A stretch of DNA of 64,000 bases from Longimicrobiales bacterium (lineage in GTDB: Bacteria > Gemmatimonadota > Gemmatimonadetes > Longimicrobiales > Gaopeijiaceae). The notes beneath the pieces were generated by a model. It did not search any database and was not told where the DNA came from. It was given only the letters and a program-made list of their open reading frames with translations. Numbering within the stretch: position 1 is the first letter of the stretch; each line of letters starts with the position of its first letter. Shown in pieces: positions 11,915 through 21,167 of this stretch. The DNA lies in assembly GCA_965202805.1 (NCBI GenBank), contig OZ241869.1:3872001-3936000 (forward strand), given 5' to 3'. The position numbers were made by a program, and so were the translations under genes.

Positions 11915-13296
11915 GCGGGCCGGATCGGTCGCTGGCCGCCCGCTTCCGCGCGGCGCTGGCCGAGGACGGGGTCGTTACCGGTGGCGAGCGGGTCCTGGTG
12001 TCGCTCTCGGGCGGCCCGGACTCCACCGTCCTGCTTCACCTGCTGCGCTTCACGCCGGGGCTCCCGCCCATCGAGGTGCGCGCCGCCCACCTCGATCACC
12101 GCATGCGTCCCGGGAGCGCCGACGACGCGCACTGGGTGAAGGGGCTCGCGCGCGCATGGGAGGTGCCGCTGGTGTCACGGGCGGTCGCCCTCACGCCCGC
12201 CAACGAGACCGAGGCGCGGCGGGCCCGCTATCGCTTTCTGGAGGAGGCGCGCGGCGAGACCGGCTGCGACCTGGTGGTGACCGCACATCACGCGGACGAC
12301 CAGGCCGAAACCGTCGCCTACCGGATGCTGCGAGGCACCGGCCTCGCCGGCCTGGCCGGGATTCCCCGCACCCGAGAGCCGGGACTGTACCGGCCGCTCC
12401 TGCCCTTCTGGAAGCGGGAACTCGCCGCCTACGCCGCGGCCTCCCGCCTCCGCTCCCGGACCGACCCCACCAACCGGTCGCCCGACGTCCCGCGCAACGT
12501 GGTGCGCCGGGAACTGCTGCCGCTCGCCGAGGAGCGCATCGCGCCGGGCGCCCGCCGGGCGCTCCTGCGTCTGGCCCGCCTGGCCGGGGAGGAGAACCGC
12601 CTCTGGCGCGCGGTGATGCCGACGCTGCTCGCGGGTCTGGGCGTGCGGCGCACCGAAGAAGACGTCTCCTTCAGCCGCGATGCGCTCCTCCGGTGCGACC
12701 CGCTGGTGCGGGCCAGGCTGATCCGGGCGCTGGCGGCGGAGGCCGGCGCCCACCTGGATGCCCGGGCCACCGACCTGGCGGCGGGGTTCGCCCGTTCCGC
12801 CGGGAGCGGCCGGTCGCTCGACCTGCCCGGCGGAGCCGTTCTCTCCCGCGCCTTCCAGCGCCTGGTCATCTCGCGCTCCTCCACGACCATCGACCGGACG
12901 TCCGCTCCCGAGCACGCGCGCTACGTGGCGGTTCCGGCCCCGGGCGAAGGCGCCGCCGAGGGCCGTTCGGGAGGGGCCGCCTTCCTCGCCCGCTGGTCGA
13001 CGCGGGGCCCCGTGGGAGGAGAGGGGCTCTCCATCCCGGCGCTGCGCTTCCCCATCCTCTTTCGCGGCTGGCGGCCCGGAGACCGGATTCGCCTCGCCGC
13101 CGGCACGCGCAAGCTCAAGAAGGTATTCGGGGAAGCGCGCCTGCCGCGGCCGGCGCGCGCGCGCCGGCCGGTGGTGGCGGACTCGGGCGGGCGCATCCTC
13201 TGGGTGCCGGGTGTGGCGCGGTCGGTCGAGGCGCGGCCCGCACGGCACGACGCAATCCTCTACGTGGGAGTGGATCTCGATGACACCACCGACTGA
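11911..13296 (+). CDS. tilS: tRNA(Ile)-lysidine synthetase
   Basis: SGGPDS PP-loop, HLDHRMR, ARRARYRF, AHHADDQAET, RPLL, RN..R; precedes hpt-ftsH. Confidence 0.95.
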   Translation: MSGPDRSLAARFRAALAEDGVVTGGERVLVSLSGGPDSTVLLHLLRFTPGLPPIEVRAAHLDHRMRPGSADDAHWVKGLARAWEVPLVSRAVALTPANETEARRARYRFLEEARGETGCDLVVTAHHADDQAETVAYRMLRGTGLAGLAGIPRTREPGLYRPLLPFWKRELAAYAAASRLRSRTDPTNRSPDVPRNVVRRELLPLAEERIAPGARRALLRLARLAGEENRLWRAVMPTLLAGLGVRRTEEDVSFSRDALLRCDPLVRARLIRALAAEAGAHLDARATDLAAGFARSAGSGRSLDLPGGAVLSRAFQRLVISRSSTTIDRTSAPEHARYVAVPAPGEGAAEGRSGGAAFLARWSTRGPVGGEGLSIPALRFPILFRGWRPGDRIRLAAGTRKLKKVFGEARLPRPARARRPVVADSGGRILWVPGVARSVEARPARHDAILYVGVDLDDTTD

Positions 13297-13828
13297 CGTT
13301 GCGCGACGCACCGGGGGCCGCGTGCGCCGCATCATCTTCACGCGCGAACAGATCGCGGGCCGCGTGCGGGAGCTGGGCGAGGAGATATCGGCCTGCTACG
13401 ACCCGCGCGAGGAACTGCTCGTGCTCGGCCTGCTGAAGGGCTCGTTCATGTTCGTGGCCGATCTGGTGCGCTGCATCCGTCGCCCCGTTCAGGTAGACTT
13501 CATCGTGACTTCGAGCTACGGGACGGGTATGGTATCATCGGGGAACGTGCAGCTCCTCTACGATCCGGAAGTGTCGCTCCGGGGGCGCCACGTCATCCTG
13601 GTGGACGACATCATCGACAGCGGCAAGACCATGGCATCCCTGGTGCCCATCATCCAGGCGCGCGGACCGGCCAGCCTCGAATCGTGTACCTTTCTTCACA
13701 AGCGCCGGGAGGGCATCGCGCACGAGCCCAGATGGGTCGGCTTCGACGCCCCTCCGGAGTTCGTGGTGGGCTACGGCCTCGATTACAGCGAGAACTTCCG
13801 GCATCTTCCCTACATCGCGAGCATCTGA
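13280..13828 (+). CDS. hpt: Hypoxanthine phosphoribosyltransferase
   Basis: LLKGSFMFVADL, SSYG, LVDDIIDSG, FVVGYGLDY. Confidence 0.96.
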   Translation: MTPPTDVARRTGGRVRRIIFTREQIAGRVRELGEEISACYDPREELLVLGLLKGSFMFVADLVRCIRRPVQVDFIVTSSYGTGMVSSGNVQLLYDPEVSLRGRHVILVDDIIDSGKTMASLVPIIQARGPASLESCTFLHKRREGIAHEPRWVGFDAPPEFVVGYGLDYSENFRHLPYIASI

Positions 13829-13865
13829 GGGCATGGGCCGGTGGTTCCCGGAGTTACTCTGAATA

Positions 13866-15944
13866 ATGTCTGATTCCGAACAGAACCGACCCGATTCCGG
13901 CAGCAGGTTCTCCCGCCTTTCGCGCACCGCCTCGTTCTGGATTCTGCTGGCGCTGGTGCCGCTCCTCTTCATGCAGCTCATCGGGGGACGTGGCAACGCG
14001 GGCGCCGAATTCACCTACACCCAGTTTCGCGAGCAGCTGGCGTCCGGCAACATTCGCCGGGTGATGATCGTCGATTCGCGCAGCGTGGAGGGCCAACTGC
14101 GCACCCCGGTGAACCTCGACGGCGAAGACGTGAGCAGCTTCGTCTCCATGCTTCCCGGGGAGATCACGGACGGGCTGCTCGACGAACTCCAGGCCCGCGG
14201 CGTCGTCATCGAGGCAAGGCCGGCACGCACCCCCGTCATGGAGAGGGTGTTCGCGTTTCTTCCATGGATCCTCATGGCGGCCATCTGGATCTGGTTCGTT
14301 CGCAGCCTCCAGAGCGGAGGCAACCGGGCCTTCCAGTTCGGCCGCTCCAAGGCCAAGCTCATCTCTCCCGACACGCCCAAGGTGACGTTCGAGGATGTCG
14401 CCGGCGCGGACGAGGCCAAGGACGAGCTCCAGGAGGTCATCGAGTTCCTGAAGGATCCGCAGCGCTTCGTGCGCCTCGGTGGCCGCCTGCCGAAGGGCGT
14501 GCTCCTGGTGGGCCCCCCGGGCACCGGCAAGACGCTTCTCGCGCGGGCGGTGGCGGGCGAGGCCGCGCGTCCCTTCTTTCAGATGTCGGGCTCCGACTTC
14601 GTCGAGATGTTCGTGGGCGTGGGCGCCTCGCGCGTGCGCGATCTCTTCGAGCAGGGGAAGTCGCAAGCGCCCTGCATCATCTTCGTGGACGAGATCGATG
14701 CGGTGGGCCGTCACCGCGGCGCGGGCCTGGGCGGGGGACACGACGAGCGCGAGCAGACGCTGAACGCGCTGCTGGTGGAGATGGACGGCTTCGAGTCCAA
14801 CGACGGAGTGATCCTGCTGGCGGCCACCAACCGGCCGGACGTGCTCGACCCGGCGCTGCTTCGCCCCGGCCGCTTCGACCGGCAGGTCGTGGTTGACTCT
14901 CCGGACATCAAGGGCCGGGAGGGCATCCTGGGCGTGCACGCGCGCAAGCTGCCGCTCGCCGAGGACGTGGATCTGTCCGTCATCGCCCGGGGCACCCCCG
15001 GACTGTCGGGCGCGGATCTGGCCAACGTCTGCAACGAGGCGGCCCTGGTCGCCGCGCGCGAAGGGGCAGACCGGGTCGCCATGGTCCACTTCGAGAAGGC
15101 GAAGGACAAGGTCATGCTGGGGGCGGAGCGCAAGAGCCTGGTGCTGACCGAGTCCGAGCGCGAACTGACCGCCTGGCACGAGGCGGGCCATGCCGTGCTG
15201 GGGCTGCGCATCCCGGGCCTCGACCCCGTGCACAAGGTCACCATCGTCCCCCGCGGGCGCGCGCTCGGACTCACAGCGAGCCTGCCCGAGGAGGACCGGC
15301 ACTCCTACACGAAGGACTGGCTGGAAGGGCAGCTGGTGATGCTGTTCGGGGGACGCGTGGCCGAGGAGATGCGCTTCGGCCCGACCAAGGTGACGACCGG
15401 GGCCGGGAACGACATCGAGCGTGCCACCACCATGGCCCGCCGCATGGTGACCCGCTTCGGCATGTCCGAACGGGTGGGCCTGATGGCGGTCGGGGACTCG
15501 GAACAGGAGATCTTCCTGGGGCGGGAGCTGGTCCAGCGCCGCGAGGTGTCGGAACACACCGCGGAACTGGTCGACAGCGAGGTAAAGCGGCTTCTGGACA
15601 ACGCGCACGATCGCGCCCGGGTGCTGCTGGAGGAGCACAACGACCTGCTCGAGACCATCGCCGATGCACTGCTCGAACACGAAACGCTGGGCCGCCGCGA
15701 GATCGAGCTGCTCGACCGGGGAGAACCTTTGCCGCCAATGTCGCGCGAGGAGCCCTCGATGCCGGGTGGGGAAAACGGCAGCGAGCCGCCCGAGACCGGC
15801 GAGCACGGCGACGGCGCGACGCCACCGGTATCCGGGAGCACGCCGGACCCCCTCCGCGAGCCCGAGGAGGCCGTTCCGGTTTCTTCCGCGCGCGTCGACG
15901 GACCCACCGCCCGAACGAGGGGCTCGCACGCGAACGAGCCTTGA
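13866..15944 (+). CDS. ftsH: ATP-dependent zinc metalloprotease FtsH
   Basis: Two TM helices, [17 protein letters not shown] ([20 protein letters not shown]), HEAGH. Confidence 0.99.
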   Translation: MSDSEQNRPDSGSRFSRLSRTASFWILLALVPLLFMQLIGGRGNAGAEFTYTQFREQLASGNIRRVMIVDSRSVEGQLRTPVNLDGEDVSSFVSMLPGEITDGLLDELQARGVVIEARPARTPVMERVFAFLPWILMAAIWIWFVRSLQSGGNRAFQFGRSKAKLISPDTPKVTFEDVAGADEAKDELQEVIEFLKDPQRFVRLGGRLPKGVLLVGPPGTGKTLLARAVAGEAARPFFQMSGSDFVEMFVGVGASRVRDLFEQGKSQAPCIIFVDEIDAVGRHRGAGLGGGHDEREQTLNALLVEMDGFESNDGVILLAATNRPDVLDPALLRPGRFDRQVVVDSPDIKGREGILGVHARKLPLAEDVDLSVIARGTPGLSGADLANVCNEAALVAAREGADRVAMVHFEKAKDKVMLGAERKSLVLTESERELTAWHEAGHAVLGLRIPGLDPVHKVTIVPRGRALGLTASLPEEDRHSYTKDWLEGQLVMLFGGRVAEEMRFGPTKVTTGAGNDIERATTMARRMVTRFGMSERVGLMAVGDSEQEIFLGRELVQRREVSEHTAELVDSEVKRLLDNAHDRARVLLEEHNDLLETIADALLEHETLGRREIELLDRGEPLPPMSREEPSMPGGENGSEPPETGEHGDGATPPVSGSTPDPLREPEEAVPVSSARVDGPTARTRGSHANEP

Positions 15945-16008
15945 CCGGCAGGAGGCGACCCCCGCCCGCTCGAATGCAATCCTGGTCTGCTTCCGCGTCT
16001 GAGACGAC

Positions 16009-16839
16009 ATGAGCGTCGGGGATCTGTTCGCGCTGTTCGCGCCCGGCTGGCTCGATCTCCTCGAAATCCTCATCGTTGCGGCGCTGCTGTACCGCATTCT
16101 GCTGTTCATCCAGCGCACCCGGGCCATGCAGATCCTGCTCGGCGGGCTCCTGATCGCCGGCATCTACGCCCTCGCGCGCCTGCTGGGACTCGACCTCATG
16201 CGGTCGATCATGGATGCGGTCTTCCAGTACGGCGCCATCGCCGCGCTCGTCGTCTTCCAGCCGGAGATTCGCTCCACCCTCGCCCGGCTGGGTCAGGCGC
16301 GCATGCTGCAGCTGTTCAGCCGCCTCGAGGAAAGCCAGGTGGTGGAGGAGATCGCGGGCGCGGTCGAGCGCCTCTCGGAGATGAAGATCGGCGCACTGCT
16401 CGCGGTCGAGGGAGAGGTCGGGCTGGACGAATACGCCCAGAGCGGCAGCCGCCTGCAGGCGCGGGTCTCCCGCGAGATCCTCGGCGCCATTTTCACCCCC
16501 GATTCCCCTCTTCACGACGGGGCCGTGATCATCTCGGGCGACACCATCAAGGCGGCAGGGGCGATTCTGCCGCTCAATCGCGCGCCGGTGCCGGACCGGA
16601 CGCTGGGCACCCGGCATCGCGCGGCCATCGGGCTGAGCGAGGAGACCGACGCGGTGGTGGTGGTGGTCAGCGAGGAATCGGGCCGGGTGTCGGTGGCGAA
16701 CGGGGGGATGCTCCGCAAGGGGGTCGACGGAGCGGGCCTGAGGGAGGCCATCGCGGGGGCAGGTCCGCCGCGAACGGCGAACCGGGAGGCAGGGGGCAGC
16801 GCCGGCCGGGCCCTGGCACGCGCGCTGCGCCTGCCCTAG
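16009..16839 (+). CDS. cdaA: Diadenylate cyclase CdaA
   Basis: Three N-terminal TMs, FQPEIR, LHDGA, GTRHRAA, VSEESG. Confidence 0.96.
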   Translation: MSVGDLFALFAPGWLDLLEILIVAALLYRILLFIQRTRAMQILLGGLLIAGIYALARLLGLDLMRSIMDAVFQYGAIAALVVFQPEIRSTLARLGQARMLQLFSRLEESQVVEEIAGAVERLSEMKIGALLAVEGEVGLDEYAQSGSRLQARVSREILGAIFTPDSPLHDGAVIISGDTIKAAGAILPLNRAPVPDRTLGTRHRAAIGLSEETDAVVVVVSEESGRVSVANGGMLRKGVDGAGLREAIAGAGPPRTANREAGGSAGRALARALRLP

Positions 16840-16891
16840 GGGATGCGCCTGCTCGGTCTGACCCGGGGTCTCGGGCCGGAGGTCGGGTGCC

Positions 16892-18157
16892 TCACGGCGA
16901 GTCGCGGACGCCGGTCGCGCCGGTCGGTCCCTGTCCCGCGAAGCGGATGCGGAAGATGCGGTTCCCCGCGTCGTCGGAGACCAGCAGCGCGCCGTCCGGC
17001 GCCTGAAGAACGTCCACCGGGCGGCCCCAGACCTCCTTCTCGTCGTCGTCGCGGACGATGAACCCGGTCAGGAAGTCCTCCGGCGGGCCGGAAGGGCGTC
17101 CGCCCTCGAACGGGATGCGCACCACCGAATAGCCTTTCAGGTCCAGCCGGTTGATGGAACCGTGCAGCGCCACGAAGGCGTGGTTGCGGTATTCCCCGGG
17201 GAATCCCTCACCGGTGTGGAACGCCATGCCCATGGGGGCCGCATGCGCGGGAAGCAGGACATCGGGTACCAGGGTGCGCTCCACCAGGTCGGGCCGCGCC
17301 CCGTTCAGGATCGGCTCGGGGTTGGGCCCGATGTACGCGTACGGCCACCCGTAGAAGCCGCCCTCCCGCACCGAGGTGACGTAATCGGGGGCCAGATCGT
17401 CGCCGAGATGGTCGCGCTCGTGCACCGCCGTCCAGAGCGCACCCGTCACCGGGTGGAAGGCGAGCGCCACCGGGTTGCGCAGCCCCCCCGCGAAGACGCG
17501 ATGTCCAGAGCCGTCGGGCCGATACTCGTTGATGGCCGCGCGGCGCGGGTCCGTGCCCGGCATCGCGTTGGTGGCGGAACCGACGGCCACGTACATGCGC
17601 TCGCCGCCGGGGTCGAAGATGAGATTGCGCGTCCAGTGGTTGAACCCGAAGGTCCGGCTGACATCGATGCCCAGGCGTTCGGCGGTGTCGTGATCGAGCG
17701 CGTCGCTGCTGACGGGCAGATCCACCACGTGTTCGGGCGGACCCTGCGCCCGCGTCTGGCCCGGCGCATGGCGGAAGCGCACCACCGCGTCGTTGTTGCC
17801 CACGTACACGTACCCGCCGTGGAAGGCGATGCCGTACGGCCGGGTCAGGTCCGCCGCGAAGGTCTCCCTGTACTCCGCCACGCCGTCGCCGTCGGCGTCC
17901 CTCAGCAGCGTGATCGCCCCGCTCCGGCTCTCCGCCACGAACACGTCGCCGTTGGGCGCCAGCGCAAGCCGCCGGGGAGCCGCGAAGTCCTCGGCGAAGA
18001 CGTTCACGGCGAAGCCCGCGGGAACCGAGAGGGTCACCCCTTCCGGGCGCTCCACGATGCGGGGGATGGCGCGGTTCCAGGGGGTCTCGAAGGGTTGGGG
18101 CAACTGCTGGGGCGCAGCGAGGAGCAGGAGCAGCGGAAAGGCGGCCATCGAAATCAT
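16892..18157 (-). CDS. Glucose/sorbosone dehydrogenase-like beta-propeller (exported)
   Basis: HWTR, VGSATN, GLRNPV, ERDHLGDDLAPDY, FYGWPY, HGS, GRPVDV, SDD. Confidence 0.88.
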   Translation of the reverse strand: MISMAAFPLLLLLAAPQQLPQPFETPWNRAIPRIVERPEGVTLSVPAGFAVNVFAEDFAAPRRLALAPNGDVFVAESRSGAITLLRDADGDGVAEYRETFAADLTRPYGIAFHGGYVYVGNNDAVVRFRHAPGQTRAQGPPEHVVDLPVSSDALDHDTAERLGIDVSRTFGFNHWTRNLIFDPGGERMYVAVGSATNAMPGTDPRRAAINEYRPDGSGHRVFAGGLRNPVALAFHPVTGALWTAVHERDHLGDDLAPDYVTSVREGGFYGWPYAYIGPNPEPILNGARPDLVERTLVPDVLLPAHAAPMGMAFHTGEGFPGEYRNHAFVALHGSINRLDLKGYSVVRIPFEGGRPSGPPEDFLTGFIVRDDDEKEVWGRPVDVLQAPDGALLVSDDAGNRIFRIRFAGQGPTGATGVRDSP

Positions 18158-18241
18158 GAGAGCCTCGGAACTGGGGAGGCGTGCGCGTTGTCGTCCTGAG
18201 TATAGGTCCGCGAACCTGCCTCGGGCGATGCACGAGACCCG

Positions 18242-18280
18242 CGGCCCATGCTCCACGGCTCGGCCCATGCTCCACGGCTC
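18242..18280. repeat. 19-bp tandem duplication (CGGCCCATGCTCCACGGCT x2)
   Basis: Copies at 18242 and 18261. Confidence 0.9.
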
Positions 18281-18432
18281 CCTCCGCACGCGGGCGCACC
18301 CGAACGGGATCTGCGTTTGGTGCCGACGAGCCCGAACCCGCGACGCGGACGCGGGGTAGCGGGAACATCAGGTGCGCGGCACGATCGTCGCCTCGTCAAC
18401 CCTTCGTCCCGACCACGCATCCTAGAAGGGAC

Positions 18433-18489
18433 AGCCACGCCTTCGGCAAGCCACGCCCTCAGACAGCCACGCCCCAGGGAGCCATCGCC
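18433..18489. repeat. AGCCACGCC direct repeats with a 16-bp period upstream of ATG 18491
   Basis: Exact copies at 18433, 18449, 18465; degenerate copy at 18480. Confidence 0.8.
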
Positions 18490-18490
18490 C

Positions 18491-20329
18491 ATGAGTCACC
18501 GCCCCAGAGGCCTCGCGAGACGAACCGGTCTCGCCGCCGTTCTCATCTCCCTCGCCTCACCCCTGCAGGCTCACGCGGCGCAGGAGGAATCCGCAGGCTC
18601 CGAGCCCGATTCGATCGCGCTGCTCGAGGAAGCGAAACAGGAGCAGAAGGAATTCGAGCGCTTTCGGGAGCAGAGGCTTCCCCCGGAATGGAGCGGCTTC
18701 GGAGGCCAGTGCGATGCTCTCGTCGGCCGGATGTGCCTGCGGCACGGGGACGGGGAAGCGCCCCCGGTGGAGCCCGCTCCGATCGAGGTCGAGATGGCGC
18801 GCATGGACATGCTGCGCACGCTGGGCCGCATCGCTTCCCGCATCCCGCGCGACAAGTGGGTGCTGGGGCAGCGCGTCTACTACCTGCGGGAACAGGGGGA
18901 GCTGCTCCGGGCCGAGGGGCTGACGGAGCGCTGCCACCCCGACGACGAGTGGTGGTGCCTGGCGCTCAAGGGCTACCTGCTTCAGTCGCTGGGCGAGAGC
19001 ATCGAGGCGGAAGCCGTCTTCCGCGATGCCATCCCGCGGATGCCGGAGGAGGAGCGGCAACGATGGCTGGCGCTCGAGTACCTCCTGGACGAGGAAGCGC
19101 GCGAGCTCTTCGAGGATGCGGGTCCCGCGGAGCAGGCGGCGCTCCGCGAACAGCTCTGGCTGCTCGCCGATCCGCTCTACCTGGTGGAGGGCAACGACCG
19201 CGAGGCGGAGCAGTACGCCCGCCGCACGCTGATTCGCATCCGCGAGTCGGCGGAGAACCCCTACGACCTTCCCTGGGAGGAGGACCTGGAGGAGCTGGTC
19301 GCCCGCTACGGGGGCGAGGTGGGATGGGAGCGGGGGCGGCCGGCGCGGCCCCCTTCGGGCATGCTGCAGGACAACCGCTTCATCATCGGGCGCCATCGGC
19401 CCCATGGCCGCGAGTTCATGCCTGGGGGAACGTTCCTCGCGGATCCGGCCGGCATCCCCGTGCGCGCGTGGGAGATAGAGGACCGGGCGCCGTGGACCGG
19501 ATACGCCGCCTGGTACGCGCCCATCATCACCACCATGGACGCGCAGGTGGCGCGCTTCCGCCGGGGCGACTCGCTCCTCGTGGTGGCGGGCTACCAGCCC
19601 CCACCGCCGCCCGAAGAAGCGGCCCCGCCTGCCGTGCGCGAAATCGCGCCGGGCGACGATCCCTTCGCGGCCTTCGCCGCCCCTCCGCCCCCGCCCCCCG
19701 CCGCGGCGAGCGCCGTGGAGTCCGGCGTGTTCGTGCTGACCCCGGAGGGCGAGCGGCTCGTCGACCAGCGCGGAACCGCCCGCGAGGGCGTGATCACCGC
19801 GCGGGTTCCCAACGGCGACTACATCTTCGGCATGGAGGTCCTGGAAGAATCCAGCGACCGTGGCTGGCGGGTGCGCGGAGGGGTCCGCCAGGAGGATCTG
19901 CCCTTCGGGCTCGCGGCCATATCCGATGTCGTGCTGCTCGACCCTGCCGGCGATCTGCCGGAGAGCCTGGACGAGGCTCTGCCGCGGGTGCTCGGGTCAA
20001 CCCGCGTGCGCTCGGGTGAGGCGTTCGTGGCGGGCTGGGAGGTCTACGGCCTCCAGACCGGCGAGAGCGCGATCGTCGGCATCACCATGCAGGACGCGAA
20101 CCCCGGGCTGCTGGCGCGCGCCACCCAGTTCCTGCGCCTCACCACCCCGGAGGCACCCCTGGAGCTGAGCTGGGAGGAGGCGGGACCGGACCAGCTGGGC
20201 ACGGTCTTCCGCGCCATCGCGCTTACGTTGCCCGAGGTCGAGCCGGGTGAATACGACCTGATCCTGACCGTGCAGTTGCCCGGGCGGAGCCCGATCGACG
20301 TCACGACCCGCCTGATCGTGGAGGAATAG
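18491..20329 (+). CDS. Hypothetical secreted protein (loosely GWxTD-like helical domain plus C-terminal beta-sandwich)
   Basis: Signal peptide ending AHA; LW.LADPLY...NDRE.E.Y.R; RYG..VGW; PGEYDLILTV. Confidence 0.7.
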   Translation: MSHRPRGLARRTGLAAVLISLASPLQAHAAQEESAGSEPDSIALLEEAKQEQKEFERFREQRLPPEWSGFGGQCDALVGRMCLRHGDGEAPPVEPAPIEVEMARMDMLRTLGRIASRIPRDKWVLGQRVYYLREQGELLRAEGLTERCHPDDEWWCLALKGYLLQSLGESIEAEAVFRDAIPRMPEEERQRWLALEYLLDEEARELFEDAGPAEQAALREQLWLLADPLYLVEGNDREAEQYARRTLIRIRESAENPYDLPWEEDLEELVARYGGEVGWERGRPARPPSGMLQDNRFIIGRHRPHGREFMPGGTFLADPAGIPVRAWEIEDRAPWTGYAAWYAPIITTMDAQVARFRRGDSLLVVAGYQPPPPPEEAAPPAVREIAPGDDPFAAFAAPPPPPPAAASAVESGVFVLTPEGERLVDQRGTAREGVITARVPNGDYIFGMEVLEESSDRGWRVRGGVRQEDLPFGLAAISDVVLLDPAGDLPESLDEALPRVLGSTRVRSGEAFVAGWEVYGLQTGESAIVGITMQDANPGLLARATQFLRLTTPEAPLELSWEEAGPDQLGTVFRAIALTLPEVEPGEYDLILTVQLPGRSPIDVTTRLIVEE

Positions 20330-20338
20330 CCCTTCCGG

Positions 20339-20971
20339 TCAGTCGGCCCGCCGCACGGACGTGATCCTAACCGGCGGCGTGAGCGCCTGGGCTTCGACGG
20401 GCTGCCCCTGGATCGTGCGCACCACATCCATCCCGCTCACGACCATGCCGAACGCCGCGAAACCCTGGAGGTCGGGATTGCGGTTGCCGCCGAAGTCCAG
20501 CGACGGCTGATCGTTGATGCAGAAGAAGAAGCTGGAGGTGGCGCTGTCGGGCTGCCCCCGCGCCATCGAGATGGCCCCGTCCACATGGCGCAGCCCGGTG
20601 ACCGAGGTGCGCTCCATGGGGATGGGATCGAAGCCCTGTTCCGCAAACTCCTCGTTCACGCTGGCCTGAATGACCTCGATCCGGACACTGTCGTCGGGCT
20701 GGTTGTCCATCGTCACCGTGCGATGGAACTGGCCGCCGTCGTAGTGGCCCGCGTCCACGTAGCTCAGGAAGTTGGCGGAGGTCCCCGGCGCGTTCCCGGT
20801 GTCGATGTCCACCTCGATGTCGCCGAATTCGGTGGAGATCACGACGCGCACCATGCCGGTCTCCTGGGCGCTCTCCTCCGCTTCCTGAGCGGCCTCCTCG
20901 CCCGATTGGGCACAGGCGCCTGCGGCGATCAGAAGGACGGCGATGGTCGACGCGAGTATTCCATTGCGCAT
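20339..20971 (-). CDS. Cyclophilin-type peptidyl-prolyl isomerase, lipoprotein
   Basis: AGAC lipobox, APGTSANFLSYV, FHR, ISMAR, ATSSFF, AAFG.V.SGMDVV. Confidence 0.92.
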   Translation of the reverse strand: MRNGILASTIAVLLIAAGACAQSGEEAAQEAEESAQETGMVRVVISTEFGDIEVDIDTGNAPGTSANFLSYVDAGHYDGGQFHRTVTMDNQPDDSVRIEVIQASVNEEFAEQGFDPIPMERTSVTGLRHVDGAISMARGQPDSATSSFFFCINDQPSLDFGGNRNPDLQGFAAFGMVVSGMDVVRTIQGQPVEAQALTPPVRITSVRRAD

Positions 20972-21097
20972 GGGTCGGACCTCCTGTGGATCGGGGTGAA
21001 GCCGGAACCTCGATGATACGGTGCAGAGTGATGCCGAGCCAGCGGCGCCCGGCCTCGGGGCGTCCCGAAATCATCGCCGGAAGGACATGGCGTCGCT

Positions 21098-21120
21098 AAC
21101 CCTGACGCTACGTCAGGGTT
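21098..21120. promoter_or_regulatory. Perfect 10-bp inverted repeat AACCCTGACG-cta-CGTCAGGGTT (MerR-like operator or hairpin)
   Basis: Palindrome read directly; function inferred. Confidence 0.45.
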
Positions 21121-21167
21121 GTAGCCGGGGACCGACTCGATGGTTGCGTCCGTCCGACGATCCGACC

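Noticed and set aside
11038..13296. 752-aa extended TilS
   Set aside because: The extension overlaps GDPD in another frame; GTG 11911 overlapping the GDPD stop is the plausible start
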